From contig DASVHW010000155.1 of NCBI GenBank assembly GCA_036382395.1, forward strand, positions 1 through 51,357: a stretch of DNA of 51,357 nt, given 5' to 3'. Positions 18,430 to 27,924 of the stretch are shown piece by piece. Within the stretch, counting starts at the first letter, position 1. Every line of letters starts with the position of its first letter. Both the position numbers and the translations under genes were made by a program. The notes below the pieces were generated by a model. It did not search any database and was not told the DNA's origin. It saw only the letters and a program-made list of their open reading frames with translations. The DNA is from Candidatus Binatia bacterium. Lineage in GTDB: Bacteria > Desulfobacterota > Binatia > HRBIN30.

Positions 18430-18732
18430 ATGAGTCAGTACTCCCTCGAAGCGCGCTGGTCGTGTCTGCGACGCTACGTGGGGCTACGCATCAACCTCTT
18501 TCGTGCCATGCATGACGGCCGTTTTCACCTCGCCGACGACCAAAGTGTGATCGCTACCCGCTCCGGGGATTTCGCACTGACAGCGTGCATCGCCTTCGAT
18601 CAGGTCTTCTCGTATTACTACGTGCGCGACTGCAGCTGGTATCGTAGTGATCTGTCGCGGTTGAGTGACGACGATGTGCCCGACCACATTCGCGACGATC
18701 TCCTGCGGCAGTTTCTCAGCTTGCTCGGTTGA
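18430..18732 (+). CDS. Hypothetical protein (100 aa), no family recognised
   Basis: The ORF has a non-artefactual composition (Y/F/D/S-rich, not R/A/P-rich). It lies in a locally lower-GC stretch, 6 nt upstream of the next ORF. Confidence 0.45.
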   Translation: MSQYSLEARWSCLRRYVGLRINLFRAMHDGRFHLADDQSVIATRSGDFALTACIAFDQVFSYYYVRDCSWYRSDLSRLSDDDVPDHIRDDLLRQFLSLLG

Positions 18733-18738
18733 CGCCCC

Positions 18739-19020
18739 GTGAGCGCCGCACCTGTGCTGCCGCCGGATCGCTGGCTTACCATTCTCGATCGCCTGTTCAC
18801 GGAAATGATCGAGCAACAGCACAGCAAGGTGCTGCAACTCGCACGTCGGGTTGTACCCGATGTCACACCGGAGGACTTGCGCAACCCACAGGACTTTCCG
18901 CAACTCAGCCGGGACCCGGTGTTCAACTACGAGGACGGTCTCCTCGCCGGTCTACGCAGCGCGCATATCGCGGTCCGAGCCGAGCTGCGTTGTTACGAAG
19001 ACGCCCCCGGCAACGGCTGA
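18739..19020 (+). CDS. Hypothetical protein (93 aa), no family recognised
   Basis: ORF with protein-like composition (…RWLTILDRLFTEMIEQQHSKVLQLARR…DPVFNYEDGLLAGL…), tightly coupled to 18430..18732. Confidence 0.5.
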   Translation: MSAAPVLPPDRWLTILDRLFTEMIEQQHSKVLQLARRVVPDVTPEDLRNPQDFPQLSRDPVFNYEDGLLAGLRSAHIAVRAELRCYEDAPGNG

Positions 19021-19121
19021 GAGTGCCGCACGCATCGGCCGTGGGGGTTTCGACGCGGTCGTTCGCATGCAGCCGGCGGTTACTTGCCACCCACGATCGA
19101 TGGGTGCGCGCGACGATGAGG

Positions 19122-20024
19122 TTAGGCGGTTCGCAATTGGGTGATCCGCCCCGCAAGCTCGGGAAGCACGACGGCGGACGGCGCGCGCAAGCTGATCGCG
19201 GCGAACGCGGTCAACTCGGTTTCGTGTGGGTTGATTTCAATCAACTGGCCGCCCTGCTGGCGCACGTCGATCGGGAACTGCGCTGCCGGATAGACGGTTG
19301 CGGAGGTACCGGCAACCAGCATGCAGTCGCACTTCTCGGTCTCCTCGAAGCAGCGGGCCAGCACGTCGGTCGGAATAGGCTCGCCAAAGGACACGGTATC
19401 GCTCTTGAGGATGCCATCACAACGCGGACAGTGCGGCGGCAACGCCTCCAAGCGGATCTCTTCGCGCGTAAAACGGCTGGTGCACTGGATGCAGCGTATG
19501 AGTGTGTAGTTCCCGTGGATTTCCTCGATCAGCTGGCTGCCGGCGAGCCGATGCAGGTTGTCGACATTTTGCGTGATGAGACAGCGCAGGATACCCGCTG
19601 ATTCCAGTTGGGCCAAGGCGTGGTGTCCAGAGTTCGGCTCGGCAGTGAGTAGCGTCTCCCAGAGTTCGCGCATGGGCCCGCTGGGAGAAAGTCGCTCTCG
19701 CCAGGCTTGCGCTGGATCAGCGAGGAACCGTTGGTAGCCGTTCATCGGCGGCTCCCCGTATTTCGTCCACAGGCCGCCCGGCCCGCGAAATGGCGGAATG
19801 CCGCTTTCCACCGACATCCCCGCTCCCGTGAGGGCAACGACATAGCGAGAGCGCAACACGATTTCAGCAGCGCGTTCGATGTTAGCCGGCAAACTTTCCC
19901 CAATTGCCTGAGCCACGGACAGAGTTGAGCCTTCTGATGAGGTGCAGTATAGGAGAGCGGCAAGGATTTCAATCGGCCCTGCTGCAGATGATGTGTGGGC
20001 AAGTTCTGGGGAGGTTTGGCGCAT
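19122..20024 (-). CDS. cobB: NAD-dependent protein deacylase (canonical sirtuin)
   Basis: VVALTGAGMSVESGIPPFRGPGGLW, ITQNVDNLHRLAG, catalytic EIHGN, and a Zn ribbon CIQC...CPRC. The start is uncertain: TTG/ATG at 20057/20024, or GTG at 19916. The longer options overlap the divergent gene. Confidence 0.85.
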   Translation of the reverse strand: MRQTSPELAHTSSAAGPIEILAALLYCTSSEGSTLSVAQAIGESLPANIERAAEIVLRSRYVVALTGAGMSVESGIPPFRGPGGLWTKYGEPPMNGYQRFLADPAQAWRERLSPSGPMRELWETLLTAEPNSGHHALAQLESAGILRCLITQNVDNLHRLAGSQLIEEIHGNYTLIRCIQCTSRFTREEIRLEALPPHCPRCDGILKSDTVSFGEPIPTDVLARCFEETEKCDCMLVAGTSATVYPAAQFPIDVRQQGGQLIEINPHETELTAFAAISLRAPSAVVLPELAGRITQLRTA

Positions 20025-20598
20025 GAAGCTGTCTTGGATGGGTGGAATCAGTATCATCGTAGCAACCGTGACTACAGCAGCGATCGCCGCCGGTGGGGAG
20101 CAGCCGATTAAGGACCCCGACGGAAAAATCTTGGCCGTGGTGTTGGCGTGCGACGCGTGTCAATCTGGCTCTGAGGGGACAGCGAAGGCATGTTCGACTG
20201 GGGCGGAAGAGGGCTGGCTGAACGGCAAGCCGTGCGGGAAGTGCATGCTGACGGCGAACTTGAAGGAACCTCTTGCGTACCGCTACGATCTCCATATGCA
20301 AGGAAAGCTCGTCGATGGCTCGGGCAAGCCAGTGAAAGAGCGGTTCGTCAAGATGTTTCTTCCGAACGGTTGGACGGTGCGCACCCGAACGTTCGAGGAC
20401 GGCACTTTTCACGTGATGCTCGGCGCCACCGAAGACCGCAAATCCAAAAGCCCGGTACTCACTGACTTGGGGACGCACGTCGACTCGGTGAAAGGCACAG
20501 AGTACTACGCGCTGTTCATGCTGCCCGGATCCTACAAGCCGTGCCCAGCGGGAGCGGCCAAACCTGTTGGGAAAAAGCAAAAGAGCAAGAAGCACTGA
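20023..20598 (+). CDS. Secreted Cys-rich protein with a carboxypeptidase-regulatory-like beta region and a Lys-rich tail
   Basis: An ATG at 20023 gives a signal-like N-terminus, MKLSWMGGISIIVATVTTAAIAAG. Other elements: CDACQSG...KACSTG...KPCGKCM, GKLVDGSGKPVKERFV...TFEDGTFHV, and the tail KPVGKKQKSKKH. Confidence 0.55.
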   Translation: MKLSWMGGISIIVATVTTAAIAAGGEQPIKDPDGKILAVVLACDACQSGSEGTAKACSTGAEEGWLNGKPCGKCMLTANLKEPLAYRYDLHMQGKLVDGSGKPVKERFVKMFLPNGWTVRTRTFEDGTFHVMLGATEDRKSKSPVLTDLGTHVDSVKGTEYYALFMLPGSYKPCPAGAAKPVGKKQKSKKH

Positions 20599-20705
20599 TT
20601 GGAAACGCGGGTCAGCGGCCGTTCCGCAACGGCTTGTGCGGCACCGTCCGCGCGTCGTGCCGCGTCGTGTTGCCAAGGTGAGCCGCCGCGCAGTAGACTG
20701 TCGTC

Positions 20706-23291
20706 GTGGGTTTCAGCGTGCGCCTGCCTCGCCTCAGCCTCCCGCGCTTGGCGTTGGCTCAATACTTGAAGCATGACCTGATTCGACAAACGGCTTATGT
20801 GGTCCTGGTTGTCCGCGCGGCTGAGGGCCTTGCTGCGTGGATCCTGTTCAATGAAGTGTTCCTACCGGATGAGCCGGACGCGTGGCCCATGCACTTCGTC
20901 TTCCTCGGCTATTTCATAGTCAACTCCTTATTCTGCCTGCGCTACCGGGCCGGGCGGATCACCAGTGCGGGGGTGTTGATCGACATCGCGGTCAACGTGG
21001 GTACCATGACCCTCGTGGCGGGCTGCACCGGGGGCGTCGCGAGCCCGGTTGCGCTGGTCAGTCTGTTCAAGATCGCGGGCTATGCCTTCATCTTCACGCC
21101 GCGAGCCGGGGTTGTGGCGATCGGGATGACGCTGGTGGGATTTGCCGGTCTAGGCGTGGTGGAAGATGCCGGGTGGTGGAACTTGGCTTCCGTCTCCATG
21201 TCACCGGAGACGGAACGTCGGATCGAGTCCGTCTTTCGCGTGTCCGTTCTCAGCATGATCCTGGGGGCATCCGCTTGGCTCTTCAATCAGCTTGCCGACA
21301 AGGAAGGGCAGGTCGGCGCTGAGACCCAGCGCGCGCGCGAAGCGGCGGAGCGCGAACACGCGGCGGCCAGTGTTACCGGCGCCCTTCTGGCGGTGAGCGA
21401 GGCCGTGAGCCGGCTCACCAGCCTGGATGAGATTCTCACCAAGGTCGTTGACCTAGCCCCGCGTGTGCTCGCAGTAGACTACTGCGGCATTTTTCTCTGG
21501 AGCGAGGAGACCGCCACGTACCGGAGAGCCGCCGTTTCCGGCGTCGAACCGGCGCTGGCGGGGCAGCTCACCAGCGTGAGCTTGAGTCCGGCTGACGTGC
21601 CCGATCTCGAGTGGGTGCGGCGGTTGGGCCACTGCGCCGTGATTGCACCACAAGGCATCTCCCTTCTCGGCGTGCCTGAAGCACCGACGCTGCTGGCGGC
21701 GCCGCTGCTCAGCGGTGGGCAGTTTTTCGGTGTGCTGCAGTTTGGCAGACGCGTTGGCAACGGGAACTTTACGCAGCGTGACCTCACCATCGCAGACGGC
21801 GTTGCCAGCCAGATGGCCGTTGCCTTGGAACGGGCGCGGTTGGTGGAAGAAAGCCGGCGCCTGGCGCGTGCCGTCGAGAGCACGGACGAGGCGGTGCTGA
21901 TCACCGACCCCCAGCGCCGTGTGGTGTTTGCGAACCAGGCCTTCCTCGAGATGTTCGGGTACGCGCGGGACGAGGTACTCGGACGCGACGCCGTGACATT
22001 CGGCGCCGATACGTCGGAGGAATGGCTGCGGGAAGTACGGCGCTCCGTCTTCGATAGAAAATGGCGTGGTGAAATGCTGGCCCGGCGCCGGGACGGCTCG
22101 ACGTTCCCGGTGACGCTCAACGCCAGCCTGATCCGCACGGACGACAATCGCATTCAAGGTGCCGTCGTGATCATGGACGACATCTCCGCGCAGAAGAAGA
22201 TGCAGGACCTGCTGCAGCGAGCGGATCGTTTGGCGGCGGCGGGGGAGTTGGCCGCCGGTGTAGCACATGAGGTGAACAACGCACTGGCGGGTATTCTGGG
22301 GCAGGCGGAGCTGGCGCAGCAATCAGGGGACGTTGAGGTTTTGCGTGCGGCCATGGCCCGCGTGGAAACCCAGGGGCGCCGCATCGCGGAGATCGTTCAG
22401 GGGTTGCTGGGATTTGCCCGCCCGCGGCCGCCGCAACAAGAAGGCATCGATTTGCGGGCGCTGGTGAATGACACCTTGCGACTCATGGCTCACGAACTCG
22501 GTCGCGACGGCGTCCGCAGCGAACTGCGTGTTGCCAGCGGGTTGCCGCGCGTCTTGGCCGACGCCAAGCAGATCCAGCAGGTCTTGGTCAACCTCTTCAC
22601 CAATGCGATGCAGGCGATGGAGCCGCGCGGCGGTTCCCTCCTTGTCAACATGATGTTGAATGGCGCCGCCGTGTGGACGGAGATCCAGGACCAAGGGATC
22701 GGCATCCCCCCCGAGCTGTTGCCGCGCGTCTTCGATCCGTTCTTTTCAACCAAGGAGAAGGGGACCGGGCTGGGGCTCAGTGTCAGTTATGCGATCGTCC
22801 GTGCCCACGGTGGCGACCTCACGGTACGCAGCACGGTAAACGCAGGTACGACCTTCACGCTGAAACTGCCGGCGGCGGTGGGCGCTGTCCATACCGTGTT
22901 GCTGATCGATGACGATCCCGATGTCGCCGAAACCCTCAGCGATATGTTGCGGCGCGAGGGGCTGACCGTGCGCACTGCGACCACCGGAGGTGAGGGGCTG
23001 GCGATCCTGGCGCGTGAGACGTTCGACGCCATTTTCCTGGACGTGCGTCTACCCGATATCTCTGGACAAGAGGTGTACGCCCGTTTGGCGGTGGACCGGC
23101 CCCAGCTGGCGCGGCGCGTCGTCTTCGTGACCGGGGGTTTGTGGCGCATCGGCAGCCGTGGGTTGCGCGAGACGCTCCCGGCACAGCCTACCTTGAGCAA
23201 GCCATGCACGGCGGCACAGATCCGCGAGGTGCTGCGCCTGGTATCGGGCGCGGCTGACGCCAGCGACCTCCCCAACGCCGCCGAAGGCTGA
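20706..23291 (+). CDS. Hybrid sensor histidine kinase (polytopic N-terminus, GAF, PAS, HisKA, HATPase_c, receiver)
   Basis: H-box AHEVNNALAGILGQAELA. N/G boxes NLFTNAMQAM ... GTGLGLSVS. C-terminal receiver VLLIDDDPDVAETL...FLDVRLPDISG. PAS region DEAVLITDPQRRVVFANQAFLEMFGY. Confidence 0.85.
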   Translation: MGFSVRLPRLSLPRLALAQYLKHDLIRQTAYVVLVVRAAEGLAAWILFNEVFLPDEPDAWPMHFVFLGYFIVNSLFCLRYRAGRITSAGVLIDIAVNVGTMTLVAGCTGGVASPVALVSLFKIAGYAFIFTPRAGVVAIGMTLVGFAGLGVVEDAGWWNLASVSMSPETERRIESVFRVSVLSMILGASAWLFNQLADKEGQVGAETQRAREAAEREHAAASVTGALLAVSEAVSRLTSLDEILTKVVDLAPRVLAVDYCGIFLWSEETATYRRAAVSGVEPALAGQLTSVSLSPADVPDLEWVRRLGHCAVIAPQGISLLGVPEAPTLLAAPLLSGGQFFGVLQFGRRVGNGNFTQRDLTIADGVASQMAVALERARLVEESRRLARAVESTDEAVLITDPQRRVVFANQAFLEMFGYARDEVLGRDAVTFGADTSEEWLREVRRSVFDRKWRGEMLARRRDGSTFPVTLNASLIRTDDNRIQGAVVIMDDISAQKKMQDLLQRADRLAAAGELAAGVAHEVNNALAGILGQAELAQQSGDVEVLRAAMARVETQGRRIAEIVQGLLGFARPRPPQQEGIDLRALVNDTLRLMAHELGRDGVRSELRVASGLPRVLADAKQIQQVLVNLFTNAMQAMEPRGGSLLVNMMLNGAAVWTEIQDQGIGIPPELLPRVFDPFFSTKEKGTGLGLSVSYAIVRAHGGDLTVRSTVNAGTTFTLKLPAAVGAVHTVLLIDDDPDVAETLSDMLRREGLTVRTATTGGEGLAILARETFDAIFLDVRLPDISGQEVYARLAVDRPQLARRVVFVTGGLWRIGSRGLRETLPAQPTLSKPCTAAQIREVLRLVSGAADASDLPNAAEG

Positions 23292-23411
23292 AAGGCGGCC
23301 TGGGGTATCCATGGATCCGTAGCTTACCACCCCGGTCCCGGCACGGGGCCAATCCGGATGATTTGCTGCTCCGCTATCGACATGGTAACAAACCTCCTTC
23401 GGTCGAGCACA

Positions 23412-24761
23412 ATGAGTCGTACTGTCACTATGGAGAAGATCGTGAACCTCGCCAAACGGCGCGGGTTCGCCTTTCAATCGAGCGAGATTTACGGCGGTCT
23501 GGTCAGCTGTTGGGACTACGGGCCGGTTGGAATCGAACTCAAACGTAATGTGAAAGAAGCCTGGTGGCGCGACATGGTGCTGACGCGAGCAGACATTGTC
23601 GGCATCGATTGTGCGATCTTGATGCACCCGCGGGTGTGGGAGGCCTCCGGACACGTTGCCGGCTTCACCGATCCCATGGTGGACTGCAAGAAGTGCAAAG
23701 GACGCTTCCGTGCCGATAAGTTGGCCGACGCACACTGCCTGGAGAAGCCATCCAAGCACCCCGGGGAATGTGGGGGTGAACTCACCAGCGTCCGGCAATT
23801 CAATCTCATGTTCAAGACGTTCATGGGCCCGGTTGAAGATACGGCCAGCGTGGTATTCATGCGGCCGGAGACCGCCCAGGGCATCTTCGTGAACTTCCTC
23901 AACGTGCAGAATTCCTCGCGCCTGAAAATCCCGTTCGGCATCGCGCAGATCGGCAAGTCCTTCCGCAACGAGATCACCCCCGGGAACTTCCTTTTCCGTA
24001 CGCGGGAGTTCGAACAGATGGAAATGGAGTTTTTCGTCCGGCCAGGAGAGGACGAACACTGGTTCGAGTACTGGCGGGAAGCCCGCCTGAACTGGTACCG
24101 CACCTGGGGGATTCGAGAGCACAACCTCCGCCTGCGACCGCATGAGAAGGACGAGCTTGCCCATTACGCCAAGGGGTGTGTTGATGTCGAATACCAGTTC
24201 CCGTTCGGTTGGTCCGAGCTGGAAGGCATTGCCAATCGTACCGACTTCGATCTGAAGCAGCATGCCGCCGCCAGTGGTAAGGACCTCAGCTACTTCAACG
24301 AGGAAACTCGGGAACGTTTCATTCCCTACGTGATCGAGCCGGCGGCGGGCGCTGATCGTGCCACGCTGGCGTTTCTGATCGACGCATACGACGAAGATGA
24401 GGCCGACGGTGAAGCCCGTGTGGTGCTGCGCTTTCATCCCCGGCTCGCCCCAGTGAAAGCCGCCGTCTTCCCGCTGCTGCGCAAGGGCGGACAACCGGAG
24501 AAAGCCCTTGAGGTGCGCGATCTCTTGGCGGCGCACCTCCCCGTCCAATATGATCAGGCGGGGTCGATCGGACGTCGATACCGTCGGCAGGACGAGATCG
24601 GTACGCCGTGGGGCATCACCATTGACCATCAAACGATGCAAGATCAGACTGTGACCGTACGTGACCGTGATTCCATGCAGCAAGAGCGCATTCCTGTCGA
24701 GCGCCTCGCCGATGTGCTGAAGCACCGCATTGGCCTGCCGTGGAAACCGCCGGTACAGTGA
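23412..24761 (+). CDS. glyQS: Glycine--tRNA ligase (dimeric class II type)
   Basis: [46 protein letters not shown]... The start could be ATG 23412 or ATG 23430. Confidence 0.9.
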   Translation: MSRTVTMEKIVNLAKRRGFAFQSSEIYGGLVSCWDYGPVGIELKRNVKEAWWRDMVLTRADIVGIDCAILMHPRVWEASGHVAGFTDPMVDCKKCKGRFRADKLADAHCLEKPSKHPGECGGELTSVRQFNLMFKTFMGPVEDTASVVFMRPETAQGIFVNFLNVQNSSRLKIPFGIAQIGKSFRNEITPGNFLFRTREFEQMEMEFFVRPGEDEHWFEYWREARLNWYRTWGIREHNLRLRPHEKDELAHYAKGCVDVEYQFPFGWSELEGIANRTDFDLKQHAAASGKDLSYFNEETRERFIPYVIEPAAGADRATLAFLIDAYDEDEADGEARVVLRFHPRLAPVKAAVFPLLRKGGQPEKALEVRDLLAAHLPVQYDQAGSIGRRYRRQDEIGTPWGITIDHQTMQDQTVTVRDRDSMQQERIPVERLADVLKHRIGLPWKPPVQ

Positions 24762-24842
24762 GAGCGGCCGTCGCGTTTGGTACGTAGGCGGCCAGCCAGA
24801 CGGCATCAGGCGGGATCACCCCTGAAGGAAAGGTGAAAGCAG

Positions 24843-27698
24843 ATGGCTCGTAGTCGAGGGCGTAGCGTTATGAAGGGTAAAGGCAAGGCTAAAGCAGAAC
24901 CTCGCGCCTTGAAGCGGGCAAAACCACGACCGCGCCCGCAAGCGCGCCGCCGCGTCGCAGCGAAACGACTGGTCTTTGCGTTCGAGGCGGGCCGTGCCGA
25001 CGGTAATGCTGGAATGAAAGCGTTGCTCGGTGGCAAAGGCGCCAACTTGGCCGAGATGGCGGTGTTAGGGCTGCCCGTGCCCCCGGGATTCACGATCTCC
25101 ACCGAGGTGTGCACGTATTTCGATCAACACAGCCACCGCTATCCGGCGGCCTTAGAGGCGGAAGTGAAGAAGCAACTCGCTCGCATGGAGAGAGGCCTCG
25201 GGCGACAATTTGGCGATCCCAAGAATCCGTTGCTGGTCTCTGTGCGTTCGGGCGCCCGGGCGTCGATGCCAGGAATGATGGACACGATTCTCAACCTTGG
25301 CCTCAATGACGACACGGTGCAGGGGGTGATCACAGAGAGCGGGAATCCGCGATTTGCGTACGACTGCTATCGCCGCTTCGTGCAGATGTACGGGGACATC
25401 GTTCTCGGGCTGAAGCCGCAATCGAAGACCGAGATCGACCCGTTTGAGGCCATAATCGAGCAGAAGAAGCAACAACGCGGCGTCCACCTCGATACCGAGC
25501 TGTCGGCAGAGGATCTGCGTGCGCTGGTGGGAGAGTTCAAAACGGCGATCAGAGAACGGCGCGGTGTGGAGTTCCCGGAGGATCCCTACAAGCAGCTCTG
25601 GGGCGCCATCGGCGCCGTGTTTGGCTCGTGGATGAACGACCGGGCGATCGCGTATCGCAAGATGAACGACATTCCTGAGACCTGGGGGACTGCGGTGAAC
25701 GTCCAGGCAATGGTGTTCGGCAATCGCGGCAACGATTCCGGGACCGGTGTCGCCTTCACGCGAGACCCTGCGACCGGCGAGAATGTCTTCTACGGTGAGT
25801 TCTTGATGAACGCGCAGGGAGAAGACGTCGTGGCCGGCATCCGGACGCCGTTACCAATTGCCGAGCTCGAACGCGAGAACCCGGAAATCTACGGACAACT
25901 GGCGAAGATCCGTCGCACATTGGAGCGGCACTACCGTGAGATGATGGACATCGAGTTCACTATCGAGCAGGGGCGGCTCTACATGCTGCAGTGTCGGGTG
26001 GGGAAGCGGACCGGTGCGGCGGCCATTCGTATCGCCGTCGACATGGCGAAAGCGCGTTTGATCACGCCGGGCGAGGGGCTCTTACGCGTCGAACCCGACC
26101 AACTCAATCAGCTGCTCCGTCCAACCTTCGTTGGTGCCGAGAAGGAACGGGCGGTGCGTGAGCACCGGTTTCTGACACGCGGGCTCAACGCTGGGCCGGG
26201 CGCGGCCACGGGGCGCATCTCCTTCCATGCTGAAGACGCCGAAGCCGCCGCCGCCCGCGGCGAACGGGTGATCCTGGTTCGGATCGAGACATCGCCTGAG
26301 GACATCCGTGGCATGGCCGCCGCCCAGGGTATCCTCACGGCCCGCGGTGGTATGACGAGCCATGCCGCGCTCGTCGCTCGGCAAATGGGCAAGGTCTGCG
26401 TTGCCGGCTGCGACGCGCTGACGATCGACTACGAGGCCGGTCAGATGCGTGTGACGGGAACGGACGCCGTGTTGAGGGATGGAGACAGCATCTCCATCGA
26501 TGGCACCACGGGCGAGGTGTTTCTGGGGGAAATCCCCACCGAGCCCAGCGAGGTGGTGCGCGTACTCGTCGACCGTACGCTCGATCCGGCGCGTGCGCCT
26601 CTCTACCAGCTATACGAACAGCTCATGAAGTGGGCAGATCGCGAGCGGCGGCTCAAGGTGCGCGCCAACGCGGATCAAGGTGACCAATGCGCCAACGCCA
26701 TCGCGTTTGGTGCGGAGGGTGTCGGGCTGTGCCGTACCGAACACATGTTCTTCGGCGAGGACAAGATTGGACCGATGCGCGAGATGATCCTGGCCGAAAC
26801 GTCCGACGAGCGCCGCGCCGCCTTGGGCAAGTTGCTGCCATTGCAGCGGCGAGACTTCGAGGGCATCTTCCGAGTCATGGGTGGTCGCCCCGTGACGATC
26901 CGTACCATCGATCCGCCATTGCACGAATTCCTCCCACATGAGGCCGCCGGACAAGAGGTGCTGGCGCAGGAGATGGGGATTTCAGCCGAACGCATCCGTG
27001 AGCGGATTGAAGCGTTGCATGAGTTCAACCCAATGTTGGGCTTTCGCGGCTGCCGCCTGGGCATCATTTATCCCGAGATTACCGAGATGCAGGCGCGTGC
27101 GATCTTCGAAGCAGCCGCCAACATGGCGAAGTCGGGCATTACGGCGGAGCCCGAGGTGATGATCCCGCTGGTGGGACACGTGAAGGAACTGAAGCTGCAG
27201 GCCGATATCGTTCGGCGGGTTGCGGCAGAGGTCATGGCAGAGAAACGCGTCCGCCTGCAATACTCCGTCGGCACGATGATCGAAGTGCCGCGTGGCGCAC
27301 TCACTGCCGATGCCATCGCTACTGTTGCAGAGTTTTTCTCTTTTGGAACAAACGATCTCACACAGACCACGCTTGGCGTATCCCGGGACGACGCCGCCCG
27401 TTTCCTCATTCCTTATGTCCGCGACTTCGAGATCTACGCGCGGGATCCCTTCGAGTCGATCGACCAGGACGGGGTGGGCGCACTCATGCGTACTGCCGTA
27501 GAGAAGGGGCGCAAGGTGCGGCCGAAGTTGAAAATCGGGATCTGCGGCGAGCATGGCGGCGACCCGCAGTCGGTGATGTTCTGCGACCGGATTGGCCTCG
27601 ATTACGTCTCCTGCTCGCCTTTCCGGGTGCCGATCGCTCGCCTTGCGGCCGCACATGCCGCTTTGGGCGTGGGCACAGGTCCAGGGGCGACGGAGTGA
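24843..27698 (+). CDS. ppdK: Pyruvate, phosphate dikinase, with a basic N-terminal extension
   Basis: [16 protein letters not shown], phospho-His region [15 protein letters not shown], and C-terminal PEP-utilising domain [10 protein letters not shown]. No start codon exists near the canonical N-terminus. Confidence 0.95.
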   Translation: MARSRGRSVMKGKGKAKAEPRALKRAKPRPRPQARRRVAAKRLVFAFEAGRADGNAGMKALLGGKGANLAEMAVLGLPVPPGFTISTEVCTYFDQHSHRYPAALEAEVKKQLARMERGLGRQFGDPKNPLLVSVRSGARASMPGMMDTILNLGLNDDTVQGVITESGNPRFAYDCYRRFVQMYGDIVLGLKPQSKTEIDPFEAIIEQKKQQRGVHLDTELSAEDLRALVGEFKTAIRERRGVEFPEDPYKQLWGAIGAVFGSWMNDRAIAYRKMNDIPETWGTAVNVQAMVFGNRGNDSGTGVAFTRDPATGENVFYGEFLMNAQGEDVVAGIRTPLPIAELERENPEIYGQLAKIRRTLERHYREMMDIEFTIEQGRLYMLQCRVGKRTGAAAIRIAVDMAKARLITPGEGLLRVEPDQLNQLLRPTFVGAEKERAVREHRFLTRGLNAGPGAATGRISFHAEDAEAAAARGERVILVRIETSPEDIRGMAAAQGILTARGGMTSHAALVARQMGKVCVAGCDALTIDYEAGQMRVTGTDAVLRDGDSISIDGTTGEVFLGEIPTEPSEVVRVLVDRTLDPARAPLYQLYEQLMKWADRERRLKVRANADQGDQCANAIAFGAEGVGLCRTEHMFFGEDKIGPMREMILAETSDERRAALGKLLPLQRRDFEGIFRVMGGRPVTIRTIDPPLHEFLPHEAAGQEVLAQEMGISAERIRERIEALHEFNPMLGFRGCRLGIIYPEITEMQARAIFEAAANMAKSGITAEPEVMIPLVGHVKELKLQADIVRRVAAEVMAEKRVRLQYSVGTMIEVPRGALTADAIATVAEFFSFGTNDLTQTTLGVSRDDAARFLIPYVRDFEIYARDPFESIDQDGVGALMRTAVEKGRKVRPKLKIGICGEHGGDPQSVMFCDRIGLDYVSCSPFRVPIARLAAAHAALGVGTGPGATE

Positions 27699-27731
27699 GC
27701 GCCGCTTCTCCGTTCCGGTAAGATGGGCAGT

Positions 27732-27782
27732 CGTGGACGCACCCGGATCGTCGGCATTATCGACTATCCGGGTGCGTCCACG
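27732..27782 (+). terminator. Strong hairpin 34 nt downstream of ppdK (17-bp perfect inverted repeat), no U-tract
   Basis: cgtggacgcacccggat (27732..27748) pairs with atccgggtgcgtccacg (27766..27782). The inner pairs gtcg/cgac extend the stem, leaving a 7-nt loop. Confidence 0.5.
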
Positions 27783-27853
27783 CTGTGGGGGGTAGTGTCG
27801 AATGCCGCCCTTGGTGCCAGCTTGGAAGGCCAGGTCGCCTCAATCACGAAAAA

Positions 27854-27882
27854 TTGACAAGCAGGCACTCCCTCAGTAGCGT
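27854..27882 (+). promoter_or_regulatory. Sigma-70-like promoter candidate upstream of pilB
   Basis: TTGACA-N17-TAGCGT. An alternative extended -10 (gTGcTAAAAT) lies at ~27899..27908. Confidence 0.3.
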
Positions 27883-27924
27883 GGGTATGGGTGATACCGT
27901 GCTAAAATTCGGTTTGCAGGGCGT

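Noticed and set aside
18340-18430. Strand-bias switch (mostly minus-strand genes to the left, mostly plus-strand to the right) as a replication origin
   Set aside because: The divergent spacer has no DnaA-box-like TTATCCACA clusters and no AT-rich unwinding element. There is no dnaA, dnaN or gyrB nearby, and cobB on the minus strand breaks the pattern.
19122-20057. SIR2-domain protein as a possible defence effector (Thoeris, DSR, SIR2-HerA type), given the adjacent orphan ORFs
   Set aside because: The sequence is a complete canonical sirtuin. It has GAGMSVESGIPPFRG, QNVDNLH, a catalytic HG and a CxxC…CxxC zinc ribbon, is about 270-300 aa, and has no fused sensor or effector domains and no HerA, TIR or pAgo partner. 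A housekeeping CobB-type deacylase is the parsimonious call.
23049-24806. 585-aa minus-strand ORF, one of the longest in the track
   Set aside because: It is entirely antisense to the unmistakable glyQS gene. Its composition is R/G/P/A-rich, typical of high-GC mirror frames, and it has no recognisable motifs.
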